Shown: one piece after another, positions 50,170-61,881 of the stretch
Layout of the letters: each line of letters starts with the position of its first letter
How positions within the stretch are numbered: position 1 is the stretch's first letter
Assembly (NCBI RefSeq): GCF_018350175.1
Contig: NC_058368.1
Coordinates: 24,678,001 to 24,742,000, forward strand
DNA: 64,000 nt
Reading direction: 5' to 3'
From: Felis catus
Taxonomy: Eukaryota
The notes under the pieces: model-generated
Databases searched by the model: none
Seen by the model: only the letters and a program-made list of their open reading frames with translations
Told to the model about the DNA's origin: nothing
Translations under genes and position numbers: made by a program

Positions 50170-50805
50170 TGGCGACACAGCCTCGACTGAGAATGTTTTC
50201 CAATCTCCCTGGAACGCCGGGCAGCTTTGTGGGATCCCAGGTCTGATTTCTCAGGAGCTGCCGAACCACAGATTGTAGAGCTGGAAGAGACCCTGCCAAT
50301 GATATAATCCAACCATCAGATTTTGCAAGTTTAAGGCATGGGAGGTTAAAGGTGGGGCTGGCGAGTGTGACTTCTGAAAGCAACTTAGCAGCAGGAAAAA
50401 CAATTCCAAGTATGTTCTCCGTGGAGTTGGATGGTAGGACAGAAACTCCTCCCATCGTTCTGGGAGGAAGAAAGACATCAAATGGGTTAATGGCAATGCC
50501 AGGCTGTGAGGGAAGTTAGCCGCTGGTAAGTCCGTAGGCCGAGAAGACACCATGTCCCCGTGGAGCACCTGAAGGAAATGCATACAGGGCTGCTGGTGCA
50601 GAACCTTTTTTTTTTTTTTTTTTTTTTTTTTGAAGCAATTTGTTTGGGTCTCTAGTTTTTTGCAACGAAATTGCTTAATGAAGATAAAGAGAAAGTCTTG
50701 AGGGCACTATCAGACTGGAGACCTCCTGTTTTGCAGAGTAGAATCTCGTTGTAAGGGAGCCTGCAGGGGTGAGGAGGTGTTTCGAGGGAACAGAGCAGAA
50801 GATGC

Positions 50806-50898
50806 TTCTCCTTCTCCTCCTCCTCCTCCCCCTCCTCCTCCTCCCCCTCCCCCTCTCCTTTTCCTCTTTCTCTTTCTTCCCTTTCTCTTCCTCCTTCT
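50806..50898. repeat. (CCT)n / polypyrimidine tract
   Basis: About 90 nt of almost pure C/T. Confidence 0.85.
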
Positions 50899-50904
50899 TA
50901 GCTC

Positions 50905-51640
50905 TAACAGTAAAACCCTTCTTATTTGGCAAGTTTCAGAATTACAGAAAGTTGCAAAGATAGTACAGAGAATTCCCATTCTCCTTTGCCTAGATTCCCC
51001 AGATGTTGGCATTTTACCAACATTTCTCCCCGTGTGTGTAGATGCGTGCTTCTGAGACATCTGTGAGCAATTGCCGAAATGATGCCCTTTTACCTCCAAA
51101 CATTTCAGTGGGGACTTTCAGAAAAATATAAGGACATTCTCTTGCATAATCAAAGGTCAGTGATGAAAATCAGAAAATGAGTACCGAGGGGCGCCTGGGT
51201 GGCTCAGTCGGTTAAGCTTCCAACTTCAGCTTAGGTCATGATCTCGCAGTTCACGAGTTCGAGCCCCATGTCGGGCTCTGTGCTGACAGCTCAGAGCCTG
51301 GAGCCTGCTTCGGATTCTGTGTGCCTCTTTCTCTCTGTCTGCCCTCCCCCCACCCGCAATCTCTCTCTCTCTCAAAATAAATAAACATCAAAAAATTTTA
51401 AAAGAAAATGAATATTGATGTAATGGTGTTGTCTTATCAAAAATCTCTGAACCTTATTCCAAATTTGCCACTGGTATTCTAATCCAGACTCATACATGGC
51501 ATTTATTTGGCCTGTCCCTTAATTTCCTTTCATTTGGATCTGTTCCTCGGCTCTTTGTCTTTTCTGACCTTGACAGTCCACTCATTTTGCAGAATGTTCC
51601 CCGATCTGGGCTTGTCGTCTCACGATTGCCAGGATGTTAT
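50905..51640 (-). mobile_element. Old L1 (L1MC/ME-like) fragment interrupted by a sense SINE (51188-51405)
   Basis: ttcagaattacagaaagttgcaaagatagtacagagaattccc...; CanSINE consensus inside. Confidence 0.7.
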
Positions 51641-52984
51641 GTGTTCTGTGCAGGAATATCACAGAAGGGAGGAGGTGTCCTTCTCAGGCAGGGAGACACG
51701 TCACGTACTCTCCTTTCTCTGCTGCAGGGAACATGCAGCCTGGCCCTCTGCTGGAGCGTGAGGAGCTTCCAGACGGTGCCCTGCCCTTTGAGAAAAGCTG
51801 GGCTTCCTGGAAGAATGGGCCCTTAAAATGAGTTTTGAAGAATAAGAAAAAGCTTTGAGATAAAGATTGAGGGAAAGTAACTCTGGAGGAGGAAACAGCG
51901 CGTTTGGCTGAAGGTGAGAAAGCGTGTCCCACTAGGGACCTGCTGGTAATTCCGTGTGGCCTCTGCAGTAGCCTATGCGCATCACCGTCTCTCTCCTCCT
52001 GGCTCCGCTCACCCATGCTCTCCTCCACCTGTTACCCCTTCCCCACCCCTTTCCTTCTCCTCTCTTGCCTGGAATATTCCCACTCAGCCTTCAGAACCCA
52101 GTGGAGGTACTTCCCTTCTCCGGCTGCCGGAGAGCCGTAAAGAGCATAGCTTTGGAGTCCGGTGGGCCTGGGTTCAAATCCTGCCTCTGTCACTTGAGCA
52201 AGTGGACAATCCTGAGCAAATATTTAACCTCTCTGAGACCCGGTTTCCTTCTTGGACAGATGAAAGGTTGTGGCTGATGCCCCACTGCCTGTCACAGGCC
52301 TGGCTACTCTGGACAAGTGCCTCACTTCCAGGAGCTACAGCCTGTCAGGTCCCATGATTTCTGAAAGTTTCGGGGCCTTCATTCTCATGCTTTTCTCTTG
52401 TAGATTTCCACACCTGTGTGTGCCACCATTTGGCCTTGAACTGAGTACAGACATGAGGCTCAAGGCCTTCACCATTCTCGAAAAGATATTCAACATACTC
52501 GTCACTTTTGAGTTTAGTAAGCTCACTGCAGATTGGGGGGAGGGGGCTGTGGGAAGACAACATGTGTCCCATTGGGGGCCTTCTGCCCCCTTGGGGCCAG
52601 TGTCCCGGCCCCCTTGACCTCTGCCCCCTCCCGAAGCCCAGGCATGCTGCCACTTTGGCTTACTCATCTAACCAAACTTCCATCTTCCCTTGGAAACTGA
52701 AGATTAGGAGGAAGGGCTGGATCTCAAGGTGGACCTGTGGAGATGGCAGGACAGGCGTCCCCATGGCGGCCCACATGGCTGCTGGGCGAACAGGTTGTAA
52801 GATTTGTCCAGGCCCTGTGTCACCGTGGATGACCCACCCCCACCTTGCCTTCTACTTTCTCAACCCCCTTGACTACCCACTCTTCAAATCCCATGACGTT
52901 GTCATCACTAATAATAGTGTCACCTCCAAAATCTTGACTTCAAGCTGCCCGTTGTCAGAGCGCCATCCTTTGACCACTTATTCC

Positions 52985-53468
52985 ATTGTGATGCTTAATT
53001 TTGTGTGTGACTGGATCCAGGGATGCCCAGCTCTCTGGTTAAACGTCATTTTCGGGGATGTCTGTGAGGGTGTTCCCAGATAAGATTAGCATTTGAATTG
53101 GTTGACTCAGTAAAGTAAATTGCCTTCCTCATTGTGGGTGGGCATCATTCCATCAGTTGAATACTGAATAGAACAAAAAGACGGAGGAAGGAAGAATTCA
53201 CACACCTCTCTTTTCTTTTCTGCCTGGATGTTTGAACTGGGACATCTCATCCCATCTCCTGCCCTTGGACTGGAATTTACATCGCGGGCGCCCCTGGTTC
53301 TCAGGTCTTCGGACTTGGACTGAACCGTACCCCTGGTTTTCTTGGTTTCCAGCTTGTAGATGGCAGACCGTGGGGTTTCTCAGACTCCATAATCGTGTGA
53401 ACCACTTTTTCATAATAAATTCCTTTTACATCCTATTGTTTCTCTCTGGAGAACGTTGACTAATGCTT
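52985..53468. mobile_element. MLT2-like ERVL LTR
   Basis: tgtgatgcttaattttgtgtgt...agattagcatttgaattgg...tgggtgggcatcat...ctggagaacgttgactaat. Confidence 0.8.
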
Positions 53469-53673
53469 CAATTATTCTCACTCCAGCACGTCTTCAACGT
53501 TATTGAGTCCCTCACTATCTTAGCCCTCATACTTTCTCGTCATCAATCACCCCACGTAGTCTAATCTTGACCTCATCTTTCTCTATCTTGTCCCCATTGG
53601 CTGTGCTTCAGCCACATTGACCTCCTCTCATATCCTGGAAAACATCTAGCTTTTTCCACTTTAAAGCCTTTGT

Positions 53674-53880
53674 GGGGCGCCTGGGTGGCTCAGTCGGTTA
53701 AGCATCCGACTTGGGCTCAGGTCACGATCTCGCGGTCCGTGAGTTCGAGCCCCGCGTCGGACTCTGTGCTGACAGCTCAGAGCCTGGAGCCTGTTTCAGA
53801 TTCTGTGTCTCCCTCTCTCTGACCCTCCCCCATTCATGCTCTGTCTCTCTCTGTCTCAAAAATAAATAAATGTTAAAACG
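53674..53880 (+). mobile_element. SINEC_Fc
   Basis: Near-consensus; taaagc(c/t)tttgtg on both flanks. Confidence 0.93.
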
Positions 53881-53949
53881 TTTTTGTAAAGCTTTTGTGC
53901 CTGCTATTTCCTCTGTCTGCAACATTCTCTCTACTTTTGTTTGTTTTTT

Positions 53950-54690
53950 GGTTTTGATTCAAAGCAATTTTGTTGGATACATGCAATATTTGTAAAATAC
54001 GTAGCATGTTTAAAGAAAAAAAACATACCTTATATTCATGTACCCATCTGTCATTAGCCATTTACCGTCAACTCTGTGAGCTCCTCTGATTCCAGCCCTT
54101 CTTCTCCCCACCCCAAGATAAAATGGCTGAATTTTGTATTGAGCATTCTCTTGCTGTTCTTTATGGTTTGCTTGCTTGTATCTTTAAACAACACAGTGTT
54201 TACTTGCATTTCCGTGAAACCTGCTGTTTCACTCTGCTTTATGTTCCTGAGGTTCATCATGATACTGAGTGAGGCTGTAATGCATTCCTTTTCCCTGCTC
54301 TGTAGTATTTTATTGCATTAAAACATCAAGATGCAATTATCTGTTTTATATCCTACCACTGATGGACATTTGAGCCTACCCCACTCTTTGTTATTACAAC
54401 AAAACTAGACTTTCGCAGACATATCTCCTAATATGCGCGTACAAGTTTCTCCAGGGTATATGCCTAGGTGTGGACTAGTGATTTCTGGGATGGAAGTATG
54501 TCAGCACTTTCTAGGTAACACAAAATTGTTTTCCAAGTGGCTGTACCAACTTGTACTCTCTTCAGCAGTGACTAAGAATTCCCGTTGCTCTAGATTCTTG
54601 CTACTATCTGGTGGCTTTAAAATTGTTGCCAATCTGATAGAAAGGGATAGCTCATTATGCTTCTAATTTTCATTTTGCCGATTACTTGCC
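53950..54690 (-). mobile_element. Old L1 fragment
   Basis: ctgatggacatttg...tttctccagggtatatgcctagg...ttgttttccaagtggctgtaccaac. Confidence 0.7.
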
Positions 54691-55619
54691 TTGATCCCTG
54701 CGGGCTGGTTCCCACTTATGATTCAAATTTGAGATCAAATAATCACCACCTCGAAATGCCTTGGCCACTCAACTCCGTCGCCCTATCTTCATTCTTACTA
54801 TCTGATATTTTCTTTTCTCTCTTCTTAAAAAATGTTTGTTGGTCTCTTGTATTCCTTCTTATCCAGGGTGTGTGCCCTGTAGCTGCTTAATAGATTTCTT
54901 GAAGGTTTGTTAAGTGAATGAATGGGCTAGCTTCAATTCTGTTCAGATCAGTATTTGCTGGCTAATGGCGCCAGCTTCCTTCTTGTTTGGCTCATGCCTC
55001 TCTTTCATATTGCTTTCAGTTTCTTTTCGTACGTTCTGCATGGTCTTCCCTTCCACTTCTGTCCACTTCTCTCTTTGTTCTCCTTGTTGCTAAATTCTTT
55101 CTTCTTGGCAAGCTCTCCCTCTTGCTTCCACACTTGTTGCCACAAGTGCTTCCACACTCATATCTTTCAAAACCAACTTCTCCTATACCCAGCTCTCTTC
55201 CACCCTGCCTGGCATCCACTGGGGCAGTGGTCAGTCAAAAGCCATCTGGATTCTAGAAGACAAGGAAAGAGCAAACAAAACCGTCATTCATTCAAGTCAT
55301 CCACAAAGAACCCAGAGAAAGATCTCTGTGGGTCCACGTCCTTTGTTAGAGGTGAGTAACTCTAGAGGCAAAAGCTACATACTGTCCGGAGCTCATTTCG
55401 ACTTCAGCCTTCCTTCGCATATACTGTCGAATTTCGCAAATTGGTATTGCAACAGCCGGAAATGAGGGTGGATATACGTGGAATATAGAGCCATATATCA
55501 TCCAAAAAAGTTTTAAAGACAAATGAGGAAAAAAAACATTCCTTGTCTTCTGATTGTTGGAAGTAATTTTAATTTTTTGTGTGTGTGATACTTTTCTGGA
55601 ATACACTACCATGTTACTA

Positions 55620-57447
55620 CTTTTTTCTCCTTTTAAAGTTTACTAAGTTTTGAGAGAGAGAGAGAGAGAGTGGAAGTAGGGGAGTGGCAGAGAGAGAGGG
55701 AGACAGAGGATGCAAAGTGGGTTCTGCCCTGACAGCAAGAGAGCCCTATGCAGGGCTCAGAGTCAGGAACCGTGAGATCGTGACCTGAGCCGAAGTCGGA
55801 TGCTTCACTAACCGAGCCACTCAGGCACCCCTGCCGTGTTCCTGAAAATTCACCAAGACACAAATTCAGCTTTCATCATATATTTCAAATATTGTTCTCA
55901 AAAATTATTATTGAATGCTGCATAAGCATGGCAGTTTCCCTACATGCTCCTTTCCCCCTCCCTCCTAGAATCCTATTAAAACGACTTTAGGGTCACCTGG
56001 CTGGCTCAGTCGGTTAAGCGTCTGACTTTGACTCAGGTCAAGATCTCACGGTTCATGATTTCCAGCCCCGCATCAGGCTCTATGCTGACTGCTTTGGATT
56101 CTGTGTCCTCCCCTCTTTCTCTGCTCCTCCCCTGTTCTCACTCTCTCTCCCTCTCTCCCTCAAAAATAAATAAACATTAAAAAAATTTTTTTTAAATACT
56201 ATAAAGGAAGTGAGAAAATACAAAAGTCCACGAAGGCAAAGTAAATCGGATAGGAAACAGCATCAGATGAAAGAGATTTCACCAGAGTTTTGGGTGCTGG
56301 AGCATTTACATCATTTACAGATGATGGGGGAAGTCAGGGATTCCTTTTTAGGGCCACAAAAAGGCTCCGCACAGGTGTGAGGGGCCGTGAGGCCAAGGGC
56401 TGAGAACAAGGAATTTCCTGGAAGTCTGTCTGTGGAGCAGACAACTGCAGTTGCCCTGTGCATGTGATGCTTTTCTGAAATATACCGCCCCGTCCTCTGC
56501 ACTTAGGCAACTGCCGTCCCCCTGGAGAAACCAAAGACTTATCCTCAGAAGTTGGAGGCTTATTCTCTAAAGAAATTGAACGTAAGAAACTTGGGAGCAT
56601 CACAGGGAAGAGGAGTGGGGAGAGATGGGATACAATTAAGTGAAAATCTGCCCTTTAAATAGGAGGCTCTCCGCCCCCTCCCCACACTCTAGTTGGCAGC
56701 CAGGCTTGCAGTCTTCCCCACCCCTGAGGACAGGATCGGAGGATTCTATGGTGGAGCCTGTGAATGAACCTAGAGAAAGGATCCCAGGCCAGGTACTGTT
56801 ATTGGTGGGTCTTCCAATGAAAATGTGAACTTGGGGCACCTGGGTGGCTCAGTCGGTTAAGCGGCGACTCTTGGTTTTGGCTCAGGTCACGATCTTGCAG
56901 TTTGTGGGTTCGAGCCCCGCGTTGGGCTCTGTGCTGTTAACGCAGAGCCTGCTTGGGATTGTGTCTCCCTCTCTCTCTCTCTGCCCCTCCCCTGCTTTCT
57001 CCCTCCCTCTCTCTCTCAAAAATAAACATTAAAAAAAAAAAAAAGGAAAGAAAAAGTGGACTTGCCAATGATCTCCTGTGGTGAGGTCCCACAAATACTC
57101 TCAGCTGAGCTTCACGCTTAACTATGAATGAATAGGCAACATTGCCAAACATTTTGAGTCATTTCCAAAATGAAAGCTAAGAAAGGGGGGGCACTGAGGA
57201 AACATTATGCTGAAAATAGGAAAAAAATAACTTCATCTTTAAAAAAATTTTTTAAACGTTTATTTTTGAGAGACCAAGAATGAGCAGGGAAGGCACAGAG
57301 AGAGAGGGAGACATGGAGTCTGAAGCAAGCTCCAGGCTCTGAGCTGGAGTACAGAGCCCAATGCAGGGCTTGAACCCATGAACCGTGAGATCATGACCTG
57401 AACCGAAGTCAGTTGTTTAACCGACTGAGCCACCCAGGTGCCCCCCC
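55620..57447. mobile_element. Four CanSINEs (55620-55831 -, 55990-56195 +, 56833-57045 +, 57236-57447 -) in L1-like background
   Basis: CanSINE consensus matches. Confidence 0.85.
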
Positions 57448-57729
57448 AAATAACTTTAAATTAATATTCTATAGTGAAGGAGGAAGGATGAGACTCTAAA
57501 GGGGTAGCACAAGGGGGATCTTCGTGGTGATGTGCTTTATGTGATAAAATGACACAGAATTCTGCACACGCCTTGGACCAATGTCAGTTTCTTGGTTTTT
57601 GATATTGTGTTATAAGTATGCAATGGGGGAAACTAGGCAAAGGGGTGAGGGGTGCTTGGCACCTCCCTGTACCTTCTTTGCAATTTCCTGCCAATTCTAT
57701 AATTATTTCAAAATAAAAAGTTTCACAAG

Positions 57730-58640
57730 AGCCAATATCCCCAATGAGTTAAGGAAAGATATTACATCCCAAACAAAAAAGAAATACTATAAAAAATAAG
57801 CAAAGGAATAAACACTTGAGGTTACAAATGGCACCTTCCCCCAAAATTAAAGGGCCGAAGAAATCTCACATAAAATAGAAGTGAAGTAAAGCCGTGGAAA
57901 ATGTGGGAGAACAAAAAAATAAAAGAATCAGATTTGTCTCGAATGTCCAATATGAACGAACAGGACTTTCATAAAGCAGAAGAGAGAAAGCAGGAGAAGG
58001 AAGTCATGAAAACAAATAAAACAATGCAATGAGAGAAGTTCTCAGAACTGAAGGACAGAGTTCCCAGCGGCAGGGCTCGCTGAGTGCCCAGCGCAAAAGA
58101 CTCGCACCAAAGCTCACCATTATGTAGTTGCACAACGCAAGAGGTAAGATTCTAAAACCTTCTGGAGAGAGAGAGAAAGAGAAAGCAACAACAATCTACA
58201 AAGGCTTATGAGCTGAACAGCAATACCAGAGCTAGTAGACGAGGTTCCATGCCGCGGGACCCCGAATTCTATAAGCCGCACACACGGAGGCTGGATTAAA
58301 GGCATTTTCAAAGCCCTCAAAAGAATCGTCTCCCTTCTATGCTTTCTTGGGAAACTACCACAGTCTGTCCTCCCCCAAACTAAAGGAATAAACCAAGAAA
58401 GAGGAAGATGCGGGTCCAGAAAAAGAAGATCTAACACAGGAGAATGGCACATGAAAAGTCCTGAGATGGCAGTGGAGGAAAATGATGGCATGAACTGTGT
58501 GCAGCAGGTGTGGGCAGAAGACAGTCCAGCTTGGAGCAGGAGAACAGGGCTTCCAAGGAAAAACGCTGAAAACAGCCGATCTGTTTGAGTGCCTAGAAAT
58601 TGTGACCGATGAGCAGCACATGACAATAGTAAGGAACATC
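57730..58640 (+). mobile_element. Degenerate L1/HAL1-like ORF1-region relic
   Basis: A-rich sense text (gagaagttctcagaactgaagga...gagtgcccagc...cccgaattctata...aaaggcattttca). Confidence 0.55.
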
Positions 58641-59194
58641 TGGAACACTTAGCCGTGCACTTAGCGGACCCGTTCTGCAGCGCACTGGCTTCACCAGTAG
58701 GATTACTCGATTTTGGAATTTTAGAGCTGGAAGGTGTCTTAGACACCATACCGGCCAATATCTGGTTTTACCGTTGAGGATCCCGAGAACCCGAAAGTTT
58801 CAGCACATTGCCCAGCTCTGCAGTGGTTGCAAAGCAATATGAAGTGGAGGCCAATTGTCCTGACTCTTGGTCGTTACCGGGGTTCCTTGAAATTCCTGAA
58901 GGAAGATGAATTTCCTCTGAGACTCCTGCTGAAGGATCTTCAGGCTCCATGCGGTGTAGGGATCCAGCAGAAGGGCCAGGTTGTCTCCCGGGTAGGAGCA
59001 TAGCGTGGAGGATGGGTGCGGGCTTCCAAAACAGATCTGGGTCATGTTCCAGCTGTATCTGCCACTAGCAGAATACCTTTGGAAAAAGTAACAAAGTACT
59101 TCGATTCTCAAAGCCTCAGTTTCTTGGTAAACGTTCCACCCCCAAGGTTGCTCTGAAGATTAGAGATGCAGAACTGAACTCTCTGGTGTTCCCT

Positions 59195-59703
59195 CTTGGG
59201 GTAGGCAGAATAAGGCCCCTGCACCCCCCACCCCCGCCCAAAGATGTCTCCATCCTAACTCCTGGAGCCTTATGTGGTATTTCCTGGCAATGGGGAAATT
59301 AAGGTTTCAGGTGGAATTAAGCCTGCTAATCAGCTGACCTCGAGGAGCTTATCCTGGATTCGCCGGATGAGCAGTGTAATCACAAAGGTCCTTAGAAGGA
59401 GGTAGAAGAGAAAGAATCAGAGAGACTGTGGGATTATTGAGCCCGCCACTCTTGGTTTCCAAGGTGCAGGAGTGGGGCCACGAGCCAAGGACTATAGGCA
59501 GCCTTTAGAGCTGGAAAAGGCAACAAAATGGACTCATCCCCAGACCATCCAGAAGGAACACACTTTTGCCTACACCTTGACGTCAACCCAGTAAAACCCA
59601 TTTTAGACTTCAGAACTCCAGAACGATAAAGGGAATACAAGCATGTTGTTTTAAGCCACTGGTCCGTGGTAATTTTGTCCCAGCAGCTATAGGAAATGAA
59701 TCG
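59195..59703. mobile_element. MaLR LTR (MLT1-like)
   Basis: gtaggcagaataaggcccc...ggtggaattaagcctgctaatcagctgacct...ttgttttaagccact...cagcagctataggaaa. Confidence 0.8.
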
Positions 59704-60234
59704 ACCTTTCGCCTGAACGTTGTTCCTGTTCCCCCAGAGCGGGCTTTGCATCGTCGTTTGGTTAGATGCAGCTTTTTGGAGGACACTCGTAGTGGTATTC
59801 TTGGGCAGAACCCCTGCTCTAACATCAGACAACCAAAGCATAAAGGCTGCTTCTTCACGGGGTGTCGCTTCTCTCTTGGTGCTTCTCAAGTCCTTTTAGC
59901 TAGTTTGGCTACCGCTGAACTGGAAGCAATGGTTTGCATTTGGAACGCCTCGCGCTCGTGAATGCAAATGGACTCGAAAATAGCTGGTAATCGGATATGT
60001 TTTTCGCCTGCTCGGTCATACATTTTTTTAGTTAGAGCTGCAGTCTTTCCAGAAGGTGCTGCCCTCTTGCAAGGTGTCAGATGCTAGTCGCCAGGAAATG
60101 GTTGAGAGAGAGGCAACGGCGAGGTTCTGCACTGAGTGGCAGCGGTGGCAGACGGTTTGTGGTCTCTGCCCCTTGCGACAGCCACCATCCTGTTTGACAC
60201 AACCCTTGTATGCAGCGTGAAAGCCGCTGCAGCA

Positions 60235-60293
60235 GGAGTGAGGGTGTCGGTTTGACCTACTTTTTTATACTCAAGGGCAGGTGTCAGGATTGG
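60235..60293 (-). promoter_or_regulatory. Putative TATA/Inr core promoter on the minus strand
   Basis: Minus strand: CCAAT (60293-60289), TATAAAAAA starting at 60269, AAAGTAGGTCA (60263-60253), Inr TCACTCC with A at 60239, so TATA lies at -30. Confidence 0.5.
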
Positions 60294-60306
60294 CGCCTTG
60301 GGTAAC

Positions 60307-60485
60307 CATGTGCTCATTAAGTTCCATACAATTCTATCACGTGCTCGTTAAGTTCCATACAATCCGACCACGTGCCCATTCCATACAATCCTACCACGTG
60401 CTCCTTAAGCTCCATACAATCCGACCACGTGCCCGTTAAGTTCCATACAATCCGACCACGTGCCCGTTAAGTTCCATACAATTCT
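60307..60485. repeat. 31-bp minisatellite, about 6 copies (CACGTGCYCGTTAAGTTCCATACAATCCGAC)
   Basis: Units start at 60307, 60338, 60369 (26 bp, 5-bp deletion), 60395, 60426 and 60457. Confidence 0.95.
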
Positions 60486-60810
60486 CTGCCTGCAGAGACA
60501 CTCTAACATGACCATTGCCAGTGATGAGTGTATATAAGAAATGGAGAAAACGCAGTGTGAAGCTACACCTGGTTTTGGTACCTCTGTGCCCACACTCTTC
60601 CAGTCACGTGGGTCGGCTGCTCTCAGCCTCTCTGGGTGCTGATGTTGGCGCTGATGTGGGCTGTTGAGAAGGGGAGTGGAGCAAACTTCTTTCTGGTTCC
60701 TCGAAGGAGACAAGCCGTTCCTACTTCTGGAGCAAGCTGTGGAAGTGTGGGTTACTTTTAGCTTCTCCCTTTTCTAAATTTTTCTTTTCCTTTTAAAAAT
60801 AAAATAGCAA

Positions 60811-61535
60811 GGGGCACCCGGGTGGCTCAGTCGGCTACGGCTAAGGGTCCGCCTCGTGGTTTCGGCTAAGGTCATGATCTCACAGTTCATGAGATCCAGT
60901 GCTGCATGGGGTTCCGTGCTGACCATGCAGAGTCTGCTTGAGATTCTCTGTCTCCCTCTCTTTTTGCCCCTCCCCTACTCATCTTCTCTGCCTCTCCCAA
61001 AAGAAATAAACTAAAAAATGAAATGAAAAAGGGGCGCCTGGGTGGCTCAGTTGGTTGAGCGTCCAACTTTGGCTGGGGTCATGATCTCATGGTTCCTGGG
61101 TTTGAGCCCCACGTTGGGCTCTGTGCTGACAGCCCAGAGCCTGGAGCCTGCTTCGGGTTCTGTGTCTCCCTCTCTCTGCCCCTCCCCTGCTCATGCTTGG
61201 TCTGTCTCTCAAAAATAAATAAACATTGGGGTGCCTGGGTGGCGCAGTCGGTTAAGCGTCCAACTTCAGCCAGGTCACGATCTCGCGGTCCGTGAGTTCG
61301 AGCCCCGCGTCAGGCTCTGGGCTGATGGCTCAGAGCCTGGAGCCTGTTTCCGATTCTGTGTCTCCCTCTCTCTCTGCCCCTCCCCCGTTCATGCTCTGTC
61401 TCTCTCTGTCCCAAAAATAAATAAATGTTGAAAAAAAAAATTTAAAAAATAAATAAATAAATAAATAAATAAACATTTAAAAAATTTTTAATGAAATGAA
61501 AATAAAATAAAATAAAATAAAATAAAATAAAATGA
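60811..61535 (+). mobile_element. Three head-to-tail CanSINEs of decreasing divergence
   Basis: Heads at about 60811, 61031 and 61228; the last is near consensus. Confidence 0.9.
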
Positions 61536-61881
61536 AATAGTAAAGGCTGGCTGCCAGTAGAACAGTGAAGCATTTCATCCATTTGTCTAGGATTTCTGTC
61601 GTGTTTGCTCCCTACAAAATTCAGAAGAAAATAGGACATTTAAGATAAACACAATTGAAATAACCACAGTAAAGGATGGTTTTCCTCCATCAAATGATTA
61701 AATATTTCAAAAGATAATCCTCAGTGTGTTGGTGAATGTGTGGTATGTACCACAAGCGGGAGGTACAGATTTTCCAGAAAGCAAATTGGCTTCCTCTACC
61801 AGGAACCCTAAACATGTTAATGTTTGTGACCCTGAAATTTTACTGTTCAGAATCCTTCCTTTTAAAACTCACCCAACTCTT

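Noticed and set aside
52508..53083. 191-aa ORF
   Set aside because: Non-ATG start, runs into an MLT2-like LTR, no recognisable homology.
58120..58758. 212-aa minus-strand ORF
   Set aside because: Antisense to an L1-like relic, no recognisable domain or exon structure.
60307..60485. CRISPR-like appearance of the 31-bp repeats
   Set aside because: Units are directly adjacent with no unique spacers, and the DNA is mammalian. It is a minisatellite.
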